NCBI GenBank assembly: GCA_963780185.1
Contig: CAWABA010000001.1
Location: 256,001-320,000, forward strand
Direction: 5' to 3'
Source: Candidatus Bathyarchaeota archaeon
GTDB taxonomy: Archaea; Thermoproteota; Bathyarchaeia; Bathyarchaeales; Bathycorpusculaceae
DNA: 64,000 nt
Below are positions 22,826-31,798 of this stretch, piece by piece (within the stretch, counting starts at the first letter, position 1; the number at the start of each line of letters is the position of its first letter). The position numbers and the translations under genes are program-made. The notes beneath the pieces were generated by a model. That model worked only from the letters and a program-made list of their open reading frames with translations, searched no databases and was not told the DNA's origin.

Positions 22826-22877
22826 ACAAGTCGCGCACGTTTTTCATATGATTTATAAGCGAAGAGCGCTTAGCTGA

Positions 22878-23492
22878 TTGCTAGGAGAGGAGATTACGAG
22901 GAAAACAATCGGTCTATTCGCAACTTTAACAGTTATAGTTCTATTATTAGCGGTGCCTTTTTTGGCGGGTCCAGCAAAAGCGTCTATCGTGGCTCACGAG
23001 ACTGTGGACATCAAAGTTGATTCTTCTGACTTGTGCATTCTGGTAACTAACCCTGCCAACGGACAACAAGCAGGTTACACCTCGCTCACAGGTTCAGAAA
23101 TCAATACTTTTATTGGTGGTTCTGTCTGGGCAGTCGTGGTAAGCCCTCAGGAAGTCCAATTGTGCTCAGCGAACGGCTTTGAAGGCACCAACTCAATCGA
23201 TTTCAACATTCTGCTATCTGACCCTCCGGCAACTTTCACGTTAACAGTAACCCACCTTGGCTTTAATGGCAATGATGTGTGGGGTCCTAAGACTTGGAGT
23301 GGAACCATATCTCCGGGACAGACATTTACCGCTCAGTCTGGAATCGATGACAACGGCTTTGTCAAAGGCGACGGCACCTTATTTGCAGCTCCCGAGTACG
23401 CTTTAGGCGGTTTAATCGCTTTAGCAGCCAGCTTAACGGCTTTCGTGCTGTTCAAAAAACGCCAAAGCCTCCCACTGTTCAAAAAATATTAA
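22878..23492 (+). CDS. Secreted protein with PEF/PEY-CTERM-like C-terminal anchor
   Basis: Signal peptide …GPAKA|S; C-terminus APEYALGGLIALAASLTAFVLFKKR. Confidence 0.75.
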   Translation: MLGEEITRKTIGLFATLTVIVLLLAVPFLAGPAKASIVAHETVDIKVDSSDLCILVTNPANGQQAGYTSLTGSEINTFIGGSVWAVVVSPQEVQLCSANGFEGTNSIDFNILLSDPPATFTLTVTHLGFNGNDVWGPKTWSGTISPGQTFTAQSGIDDNGFVKGDGTLFAAPEYALGGLIALAASLTAFVLFKKRQSLPLFKKY

Positions 23493-23562
23493 GCGCCTTC
23501 AAGGCGCCGTTTCTTTTTGCCGCCTAAGAGTGGCATCCAGCAGACATTTTGCCTGAAGTAGA
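23493..23562. repeat. ~70-bp double-hairpin element, copy 2
   Basis: GCGCCTTCAAGGCGC, T-tract, GCCGCCTAAGAGTGGC; starts right after the stop codon. Confidence 0.65.
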
Positions 23563-23668
23563 TTAGGGATTGAGGGGTTTTTCGTTCGGTTTTTCTTGCA
23601 TTGATTTTGCGATTTTGCGCTTTATTTTCGATTAGCAGTTTCTTAAATGGACATTAACTTTTTGGGAG

Positions 23669-24085
23669 GTGAAATTTGGTATGAGTAGTAAGCAGGGTTT
23701 TACTGTTCAGGTGTATCGGCGTATTTGTCATCTTCAGGATAATGTGAAGGTTGACACGCAGGTTATGAGGGACCGCTGGATTGGCGAACTTGATGAGTTG
23801 TTTGGCATGGCTACTTCGATTGCGAAAGGCAAGGTTACGCAGCAGCAGGTTGGCGACAAGGTGCAGGCTATTTCTCCGAAGGAGAGGCAGATGTGGGCGC
23901 AGATAGCGGCGAACATCGGCATGGTTATGGGGAATTTGTCACATCGGTACGACGAGCGGCAAATCGACAAAGACTTAGACGAACTGGAAAGATTGCTTGA
24001 AGAAGTTAAAGGGGCACAGGCCAACGAAACAAAGAATCCATCGACAGAAACGAAACCGCCCAAAGAAGACCGAACCCAGCTGTAA
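23669..24085 (+). CDS. Hypothetical helical protein
   Basis: GGAGGTG RBS before ATG 23681; ERQMWAQIAA…YDERQIDKDLDELERLL. Confidence 0.7.
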   Translation: MKFGMSSKQGFTVQVYRRICHLQDNVKVDTQVMRDRWIGELDELFGMATSIAKGKVTQQQVGDKVQAISPKERQMWAQIAANIGMVMGNLSHRYDERQIDKDLDELERLLEEVKGAQANETKNPSTETKPPKEDRTQL

Positions 24086-24282
24086 GCGGCTTTTTGGTAA
24101 AGCTTTTGTTTCCATATTTTTATTAAATTTTTTTACATTTCATTTCTGTTGCAATGGCTTAAAATCAAATTATCTATATTATGCTGTTTCAGTACGTAGT
24201 CGAAAAACCCTTTTTTGTTGGTTTTGCGCAAAAAATATATCCTTGCGAAGCCTTTTCGATTGGCATTAAAGGGTAAGGCTAA

Positions 24283-25785
24283 TTGTCCAAACAAGCTAAG
24301 ACTCGGACAGTAGAAGAGATTAACCAAAAAATCCGTAAAGGCGACGCGCAGGTCCTAACCGCTGAAGAAATGAAGAAGCTGGTGGAGAGCAGCGGGGTTG
24401 CGGTTGCTTTTAAAGAGGTTGATGTGGTTACAACGGGAACTTTTGGCGCCATGTGCAGCAGCGGCGCAGTCATCAACTTGGGTCATTCTGACCCGCCGAT
24501 AAAGATTGACCATGCATGGATGAACGACGTGGAAGTTTGCCATCCAGGCGCCGCAGTGGACCTGTACATTGGAGCAACGAACATGTCGACTAAGCAGCCG
24601 TTTGAGTACGGCGGAGGACACGTCATCCAAGACCTCGTCGCAGGAAAAGAAGTCGAGCTGCATGCCACGGCTTACGGAACCGACTGCTACCCAAGAACCC
24701 AACTTAAAACCAACATAACCAAAGACGACCTTAACCAGTTCCAGCTCCTCAACTTCCGCAACTGTTACCAACGCTACAACTGCGCGGTAAACACAAGCGA
24801 CGAAACAATTTACACTTACATGAGCAAGCTTTTGCCGAGGCTGCGCAACGCCACGTTTTCAGGCGCAGGCGAACTCAACCCGCTCATGAACGACCCTGAC
24901 TACGAAACCATCGGCATGGGCACCCGCATCTTCCTCGGCGGGGCTCAAGGCTACGTCATCGGCGAGGGAACCCAGCATAGCCCCAAAAACCTAAACGGCA
25001 CCCTTATGGTGAAGGGCGATGCGAAGAAGATGTCGCCTGAGTTTTTGCAGGGCGCGGCTTTCACGCGTTACGGCACCTCGATGTATGTTGGCTTAGGCAT
25101 CCCCATCCCGATACTTAACGAGGGCTTAGCCAAGAAAACTGGGATTCGTGACAGCGAAATCTTCACAGACGTAGTTGACTACAGTGTGCCGCGTCGAGAC
25201 CGCCCCAAACTTCGGCAGGTAAGCTACAAAGAACTCAAATCAGGCTCAATAGTGGTCAACGACAAAAAAATTAGGGTCAGCAGCCTCAGCAGCATAAAGA
25301 TGGCGAAGAAAGTCAGCCAGACGCTTAAGTCATGGATTGAGGACGGCTCTTTCCTGTTGACTTCACCCATCGAGCGATTGCCCCTCGACACCGTGTTTAA
25401 GCCGATGCGGCAGACTGAGGAAATTCCCTTCGTTGTCTCAGTTATGCATCCAGCGGTTACATGCACGGAGGATGAGAAGATTCAGGCGATTGCTGAACGT
25501 ATCGTCACAAAATCGGTTAACCACATCGTCGTTATCGACGGCGCAGGCAAACTCCGCGGCATAGTTACTTCATGGGACGTTACCAGAGCTATGGCTGAAG
25601 GCAAAAAAGCATTAGCCGACATCGAAACCCACAACGTTGTGACTGCCAAGCCTGATGAGCCTCTCGAGATTGCGTCTAAGAGGATGGCTGAGCATAACAT
25701 TTCAGCGCTGCCAGTGATTGACATCGAAAAGAAAGTGCTGGGAATAGTCACAGCTGAAGACGTGGCTGAACTGTTAGGACGGTAA
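24283..25785 (+). CDS. Homocysteine biosynthesis enzyme (L-aspartate semialdehyde sulfurtransferase, DUF39 + CBS pair; MA1821-like)
   Basis: VDVVTTGTFGAMCSSGA, YGGGHVIQDLV, YGTDCYPR; two C-terminal CBS domains. Confidence 0.9.
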   Translation: MSKQAKTRTVEEINQKIRKGDAQVLTAEEMKKLVESSGVAVAFKEVDVVTTGTFGAMCSSGAVINLGHSDPPIKIDHAWMNDVEVCHPGAAVDLYIGATNMSTKQPFEYGGGHVIQDLVAGKEVELHATAYGTDCYPRTQLKTNITKDDLNQFQLLNFRNCYQRYNCAVNTSDETIYTYMSKLLPRLRNATFSGAGELNPLMNDPDYETIGMGTRIFLGGAQGYVIGEGTQHSPKNLNGTLMVKGDAKKMSPEFLQGAAFTRYGTSMYVGLGIPIPILNEGLAKKTGIRDSEIFTDVVDYSVPRRDRPKLRQVSYKELKSGSIVVNDKKIRVSSLSSIKMAKKVSQTLKSWIEDGSFLLTSPIERLPLDTVFKPMRQTEEIPFVVSVMHPAVTCTEDEKIQAIAERIVTKSVNHIVVIDGAGKLRGIVTSWDVTRAMAEGKKALADIETHNVVTAKPDEPLEIASKRMAEHNISALPVIDIEKKVLGIVTAEDVAELLGR

Positions 25786-25790
25786 AAGGC

Positions 25791-26228
25791 ATGGTTCGAA
25801 TTCTACTAAGGTTCTCGGAAGAACAAGTCTCGCAGCCAATAGCAAGCCAAATAATCATTGAATATAAAATTCCCATGGTAATTCTGTCAGCGCACATAAA
25901 CTCCAAAGGCGGAGAAATAATCGCTGAAATCCCGGATGAAGCACAGGAAAAAATAATCAAGGCTTTCCGAGAAAAAGGCATCTCGGCAACGGTGCCAAAG
26001 CTAATCGAGGTTGACGCTGAAAAATGCTTCAGCTGCGGCTCATGCGTTGCCCTCTGCCCCGTCGAAGCCATAAGCATCGACAAAGATTCAGCGGTCCAAT
26101 TTAACAAAGAGAAATGCGTCGGCAGCACCTGCAGCATCTGCGTAGACGCGTGCCCAGCAAGAGCCATAAAATCCATCAAGCAAACCAACGGCGACCACCC
26201 AACCACAGACAGGAAAAAAACAAGTTGA
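25791..26228 (+). CDS. NIL-domain 2x[4Fe-4S] ferredoxin (MA1822-like partner)
   Basis: CFSCGSCVALCP and CVGSTCSICVDACP; directly follows the DUF39 gene. Confidence 0.88.
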   Translation: MVRILLRFSEEQVSQPIASQIIIEYKIPMVILSAHINSKGGEIIAEIPDEAQEKIIKAFREKGISATVPKLIEVDAEKCFSCGSCVALCPVEAISIDKDSAVQFNKEKCVGSTCSICVDACPARAIKSIKQTNGDHPTTDRKKTS

Positions 26229-26944
26229 CAAAAAAACTCCTCAAAGAAACATTTGCCCTCAAAGAAACCCAATGCACCATAATTTCCGACAAAGCAGAAG
26301 GCATCAAGGCAGCCAAGGAATCAATCGCGCGCAGCAGGCAAGAACTCGAAATCTACATAAAAACTAACCCCAAGTTTCTCTACACGCTCAAACCGTACCC
26401 GCCGCCCCAAAAGCCGCTGGTGGCTAAACTGATGGCTCAAGCCGCGCATCAGGCAGATGTTGGACCTATGGCGGCGGTTGCAGGGGCAATTGCGGACCTT
26501 GCCGTCGACGAGATGAAGCGTGTAGGTTGCGAGGTTGCGGTGGTGGAGGATGGCGGAGAAATCTCCGCAGCTTCTAATGCGCCTGTCGACGTAGCGGTCG
26601 CGGCTGGAGATGAACCCCTGTCGAGGCGCTTCGGCTTTAGGCTCACAGAATTTCCCATAGGCGTCGCCACAAGTTCAGGGCGTTTCAGCCACGCGTTAAG
26701 CTTCGGGGACGCCGAGGCGGCGACGGTTTTCTGCAGGAACGCGGGTTTGGCGGATGCGGCAGCCACAGCCGTCGGCAACGCTGTCAAGGGCGACGCGGTT
26801 GCGGGAATTAAGGCGGGAATCAACAGGGGAATGGCAATCGAAGGCGTCGAGGGCGTGTTGATAATTTTTATGGGAAAGGTTGGGATGGCAGGCAAGATTC
26901 CTGAAATAATCAAAGTGGAACCTGAAGGCGAATTTGTCCTTTAA
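26225..26944 (+). CDS. UPF0280/ApbE-like protein
   Basis: VGPMAAVAGAIAD, EDGGEI, ATSSGRFSHALSFGDA, ADAAATAVGN. Confidence 0.88.
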   Translation: MTKKLLKETFALKETQCTIISDKAEGIKAAKESIARSRQELEIYIKTNPKFLYTLKPYPPPQKPLVAKLMAQAAHQADVGPMAAVAGAIADLAVDEMKRVGCEVAVVEDGGEISAASNAPVDVAVAAGDEPLSRRFGFRLTEFPIGVATSSGRFSHALSFGDAEAATVFCRNAGLADAAATAVGNAVKGDAVAGIKAGINRGMAIEGVEGVLIIFMGKVGMAGKIPEIIKVEPEGEFVL

Positions 26945-27067
26945 TCTGCGTTGGGTTGGTTGTTGCTGAGAATAGCGTAAACTTAAAGAACATAGCTGTC
27001 GAGCACAGCTTTATGAAACTAAGCAGAAAGTCGGGTTCCACACAGAAACCTCACGCTAGCTGATTGC

Positions 27068-29171
27068 ATGACGGAAAAAATTTTCAGCCCTACCGAAATC
27101 ACAACGCTGACCATAGCAGTGATTCTGGTTTTCAGTTGCTTCGCGGGTACGCTTACTCCCGCAGGTGCGCAACCGCCTATCTTTCCAGCCCAACCCGCGG
27201 GTTCGGCTTCTGAAATTGCCGCTTTGGAAGCCACCGTGGAGGCTAATGGCGGCTGGAACAGCAGCTTGCAGACGCTTTACGACGGAATTGTACTGGGGCA
27301 AACAACCGTCGGTGAACTGCAAAACGCCGTGGACGCCATTGATGTTACTTCTACATCTGCAGCCGAAACCGTTTTCTACTGGTATTTTGAATTGAGCAAA
27401 TTCGGGGTTCCCATCAATGAGACAACTATTGAAGCAGCGTTAAAAGTAACGACTATGTTGCCGAACATCGGCGGGTTACCTGACGACTACTCCAACTCGG
27501 GCGTTGCCTCTTTTCTTGTATACAACAGGTACGATTTGTATGCTTACCAATGGGCTGCCCAGTTGGGTTATGAAACATCCAAATGGAACCTAACTCAAGC
27601 CTACACGGTGTTCAACAACGGCGTCAGCGAAAACGGCAAACCAGTTCTTTGTGTTGGGTCTAATGGGCAAGGCTGGGGAATAAACTACGGACCCAGATAC
27701 TACGATGAAAGCGCAGAAACCATCGATATGTACCTCACTTTTTATCAACTCGGAGTACCTGCGGCATTAACGCAAGCCGAAGACTGGTGGAACTGGACAA
27801 ACTCCAACCTTTGGGAAATCGACAGCTCCACAGGCGCTGGCTACTACAAATATGCGGTCAACTGGAACACTTTTGAATGCGAGGTCGGCGGGTTTGACCA
27901 GATTACATGGAAATTATACAACGATGACCCATCAATAACAAACGTGTCAAACTTGTTTACGGACTTGGAGACACGCGCTCTCAGCAAAGGCTGGGGCAGT
28001 CCACAATGGGGCAACTACGTCGCTGTTCACGCTGCAGATAATTCGCAAGAGCGGCTAGAAAACACTATAATGCTTTGGTCTTCTCTGCTTGGGTTCTACG
28101 GCGACATGAACCTTACTATGCAAAGCCAAGTGCAAGGCTTATTAGACGGCTCCGAGGGTCCAAGTCCAGCTTGGAGTTTGCTCACTCAAAGTCAACTGTA
28201 CGACAATTCAACGGACATGTTCAGAATGCAATCGTCTGGGCCTAACAGTTCAGGCAGCGCTGAAGCGACGGCGGACGCAGCCGTATTAATGATGCTTCTG
28301 TCCACTATTCCTTGGCGGATCACTGGCGGTGCCTCAGCAAGATTGTATCTACGAGGACATCAACAACATAATTGACGGAGGCATCAGCGGCATCAACCTG
28401 GCATCTGAAACCGTGAATGTGAGCGTCGCTCAGCCGGGCACGTTCCTTTCAACATTCGGAACGAACATTTTCCAGTACACTTTGGGCAGCAGTGGAGTTT
28501 GGCAGTTGACTTTTAGCAAAGACTGGAATAGCCTCATGAGCGAGGTTTTTGTTTCTCCGCTTCCCACTTCGAGGACCTACCTTGGGACAAACAAAAACAG
28601 CGTAATGATAAATGCCTCAAGCGACGGCGGCAGCGCAATAGCGCCGTCAGGCTTGGTCTACGTTACCCTAGGCGACAATCAAACCTTCAGTTACTCATCT
28701 GACAACGGCTACACAATTAGCCAAGTCTTAGTTGACGGTTCCCCAGTTTCAATTACAGGAACCTACACGTTCACAGACCTTCAAACCCCTCAAACTATTT
28801 CAGTGACAAGCTCTCCCGCTCCTACCCCAACCCCTAGTCCATCATCGACTCCCACTCCAAGTCCATCGCCCTCGCCGACACCAACGCCTTCGCCAACTCC
28901 CAGTCCAGAGACCTCAGCTAATCCAACTCCCACGCCAACGGCTTCTCCCACTCCAACAGCTTCTCCAACACCTACGCCAGCAACAAGCCCAACTTCAAGC
29001 CCCACCCCGACTCCATCAACACCTGGCTTCACACGACTCTCGATTGGTCTGCCTGAACTTTTAGGAGTCGTAATCTTTGTGGCTGCGGTTTTGGCTGTCT
29101 CAATGTTGGTGCCGCATTACGTTAAGTCGCGGAGAATCGGAAGCGGCGAAATGGAGAAGACATCGACTTAG
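27068..29171 (+). CDS. Secreted membrane-anchored protein (helical glycoside-hydrolase-like domain, beta-repeat domain, PT linker, TM), frameshift near 28310
   Basis: Signal peptide …PAGA|Q; Trp/Tyr-rich domain (PRYYDE, FECE); [11 protein letters not shown] repeat; PTPS linker; TM and basic tail. Confidence 0.7.
28815..29022 (+). repeat. Pro/Thr/Ser low-complexity linker-coding repeat
   Basis: Encodes [25 protein letters not shown]…. Confidence 0.8.
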
Positions 29172-29360
29172 CCATGGAGCCTCAGGCTGCGGCGTGGAGT
29201 ACGCTGTTTTTGCGGCGTAAATGGAGCGTTTAGATGCCAGATGGGGCTGTTTCAGCTTGCGGACTGGGTTTTATTTTGGGGTTGGAAAACGGTGAAACCC
29301 TGATTGGTTTATGAAAACTCTTAAATTATACAATTCCCAACTGAATGCAAGGTCTCTTTC

Positions 29361-30374
29361 ATGTCATCAGACACTAACAAGCTTGAAATCCAAAGCTATG
29401 ACGAAAACGCAAAAATGTTTTATGTTAAGTCGCCCAACGGAAACGTCGTGCAGGTCCAAGACACCTTCGCAGAAATGTTTCCATTGTGGGTCGGAAGAGT
29501 TCTAATCACCGCTCAAAACGAGAAATGGGCACTAATCGCCGCAAGCCTAACCACGGGTTTTGCCACAAGCGTAATTGAGGCAACTGCGGAAGCCGCAATC
29601 GAACGACCTGTTCCAGCAGACCAAACCCCAGACAAACGACCCGGCGTATACATTCAAATTTATAATCGTGACCGTTTTGAACTTAAGCATCAACTTATGC
29701 AGCGTATCGGCCAATGCACCCTTACTTGCCCAACAACCGCAGCCTTCAACGGCTTAGTCGGCAAACGCACGTTGGACGTCGGCAACAGCCTACGCTACTT
29801 CGGCGACGGCTACCAGAAAAAAGCCATGGTCGGCGGAAGAAAATGCTGGAGAATCCCCGTGATGGAGGGCGACTTCATCGTTGAAAACGGGTTTGGCGCT
29901 ATGGAAGCGGTTGCAGGCGGCAACTTTATGATTTTCGCACAAGACCAGCCTTCGGGGCTCAAAGCGGCTGAGGCGGCTGCAGACGCCATCCGAGCAAATG
30001 CTCCTGACGTAATCATGCAGTTTCCAGGCGGCGTTTGCCGTGCAGGAAGCAAAGCTGGCTCACTCAAATACAAACTGAAGGCTTCAACTAACCACCCGTA
30101 CTGCCCAACCTTGCGTACGCTTGTGCCTGACACTGTTGTTCCAGAAGGCGTAACTTGCGTTTATGAAATTGTCATGAACGGCTTAACATTGGACGCAGTT
30201 AAAAAAGGCATGAAAGAGGGTGTAACCGCAGCCATCGGCGTGCCCGGTGTCGTCAAGATTTCATCTGGCAACTATGGCGGCAAGCTGGGGCCATTCAAAG
30301 CATACCTGCGAGAAGCCATCGGCGTTCCTATGCCACCGCCCGCAGCGGCTCCGCCAGCGAAGCCAAAAGCCTAA
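29361..30374 (+). CDS. ftr: Formylmethanofuran--tetrahydromethanopterin N-formyltransferase
   Basis: DTFAEMF, GFATSVI, TPDKRPG, RIGQCTLTCPT, AGGNF, GNYGGKLG. Confidence 0.93.
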   Translation: MSSDTNKLEIQSYDENAKMFYVKSPNGNVVQVQDTFAEMFPLWVGRVLITAQNEKWALIAASLTTGFATSVIEATAEAAIERPVPADQTPDKRPGVYIQIYNRDRFELKHQLMQRIGQCTLTCPTTAAFNGLVGKRTLDVGNSLRYFGDGYQKKAMVGGRKCWRIPVMEGDFIVENGFGAMEAVAGGNFMIFAQDQPSGLKAAEAAADAIRANAPDVIMQFPGGVCRAGSKAGSLKYKLKASTNHPYCPTLRTLVPDTVVPEGVTCVYEIVMNGLTLDAVKKGMKEGVTAAIGVPGVVKISSGNYGGKLGPFKAYLREAIGVPMPPPAAAPPAKPKA

Positions 30375-30448
30375 CGTTCCGTTTTTTGAGTCGGAACTTT
30401 TATTTGGTTCATTTTAACGTTAGTTAATCCGATTAAAGACAGAATTAT

Positions 30449-31726
30449 GTGAAGTCTTTGAGTACTGCCAAAAAATCGTCCCTTGAACTGTTCCGTTTAC
30501 GGAAAATGCTAAATGCCCTAGCGAGCAAAGAAGGCAGCCACACGGAACTCATCACGGTTTATGTTCCTCCAGGCAAACAAATCAGCGACGCCTTGAGCCT
30601 GCTGCGCAACGAATATGGCACAGCAAGCAACATCAAATCAAACGTTACACGCAAAAACGTTCTGGACGCCATCACTAAAGCCCAGCAGAAACTCAAACTC
30701 TTCAAAGACCCAGGAGAAAAAGGCATAATCATTTTTACAGGCGCACTTCTACCCGAAGGCGGCGGACCAGGCACCGAACGCATGGAAGCCTACGTCATCG
30801 TCCCGCCTGAACCAATCAAGATTTTCCTTTACCGCTGCGATTCACGGTTCCACACCGAGCATCTGCAGGAGATGCTTAGGGAAAAAGAAACCTACGGCAT
30901 TCTGCTGGTAGACGCCAACAACGCCACCATCGCAACCCTTCAGGGTAAACGGCTAGACATTGTGCGTCAAATGCATTCGGGTGTCACAGGCAAAACCAAG
31001 GCAGGCGGGCAGTCAGCTCGGCGGTATGAGCGTTTGCGGGACATGCAGCTTAACGAGTATTTTACCCGTGTTGGTGCGCATGCGAATGAGACTTTTCTGC
31101 CGATTGACACTCTGAAAGGTATTATTCTTGGTGGTCCGGGACCGACAAAGTATGATTTTGAGAAAGGCGGCTACCTCAATTATCAGTTGAAAGACAAGAT
31201 TTTGGATGTTGTTGACACGGCTTACGTGGAGGAGCAGGGCGTTAAGGAAGTGATGGATAAAGCGCCTGAAATCATGAAGAAGGTCCGCTACATCGAAGAG
31301 AAAGCCATCATGCAGAAATTCCTCTACGAAGTCGGCCATGACACAGGAATGATAACTTACGGCGAAGCCGAAGTTAGGCGGCTTCTGCAGTCGGGCGCTG
31401 TCCGTTTGCTCATCTTGTCTGAAAGCTTGGATCTGGTTCGCTTAACAGTGAAATGCGGCGCCTGCGGCGACGAGGAGCAGCACACCGTGAAAGCACAGGA
31501 AGTTGTGGCTTTCGAGCAGGGACTCGTCGGCAAACCCTGCGCAAAATGCAGCGCCCCATCCATGACGGTGCTTGAGAAAAAAGACGTCGTTGACGACTTA
31601 GCAGAGTTGGCGGAGCTTGGCAACACCGATGTCGAGGTCATTTCAACTGAAACCGAAGAGGGGCAAATGCTTAAAAACGCCTTCGGCGGCATAGCCGCAA
31701 TGCTACGCTTCAAACAGCAAGGCTAA
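30449..31726 (+). CDS. prf1: Peptide chain release factor aRF1
   Basis: TASNIKS, YRCD and GGQSARR motifs; Zn-ribbon insert; FGGIAAMLRF. Confidence 0.96.
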   Translation: MKSLSTAKKSSLELFRLRKMLNALASKEGSHTELITVYVPPGKQISDALSLLRNEYGTASNIKSNVTRKNVLDAITKAQQKLKLFKDPGEKGIIIFTGALLPEGGGPGTERMEAYVIVPPEPIKIFLYRCDSRFHTEHLQEMLREKETYGILLVDANNATIATLQGKRLDIVRQMHSGVTGKTKAGGQSARRYERLRDMQLNEYFTRVGAHANETFLPIDTLKGIILGGPGPTKYDFEKGGYLNYQLKDKILDVVDTAYVEEQGVKEVMDKAPEIMKKVRYIEEKAIMQKFLYEVGHDTGMITYGEAEVRRLLQSGAVRLLILSESLDLVRLTVKCGACGDEEQHTVKAQEVVAFEQGLVGKPCAKCSAPSMTVLEKKDVVDDLAELAELGNTDVEVISTETEEGQMLKNAFGGIAAMLRFKQQG

Positions 31727-31798
31727 ACAGACACCAGAGTTAACCCGAAGTAAGGGTTCAAATTGACACGATGTCGCTTCTAGTTGTTTTCCCGGTCT

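Noticed and set aside
24283-26944. DUF39/NIL-ferredoxin/ApbE-like cluster as a novel system
   Set aside because: Already described as the anaerobic homocysteine biosynthesis and sulfide assimilation module in methanogens
28790-29032. GVG-repeat ORF on the minus strand, and other antisense ORFs overlapping well-supported genes
   Set aside because: Shadows of the PT linker or of real genes; no independent coding evidence
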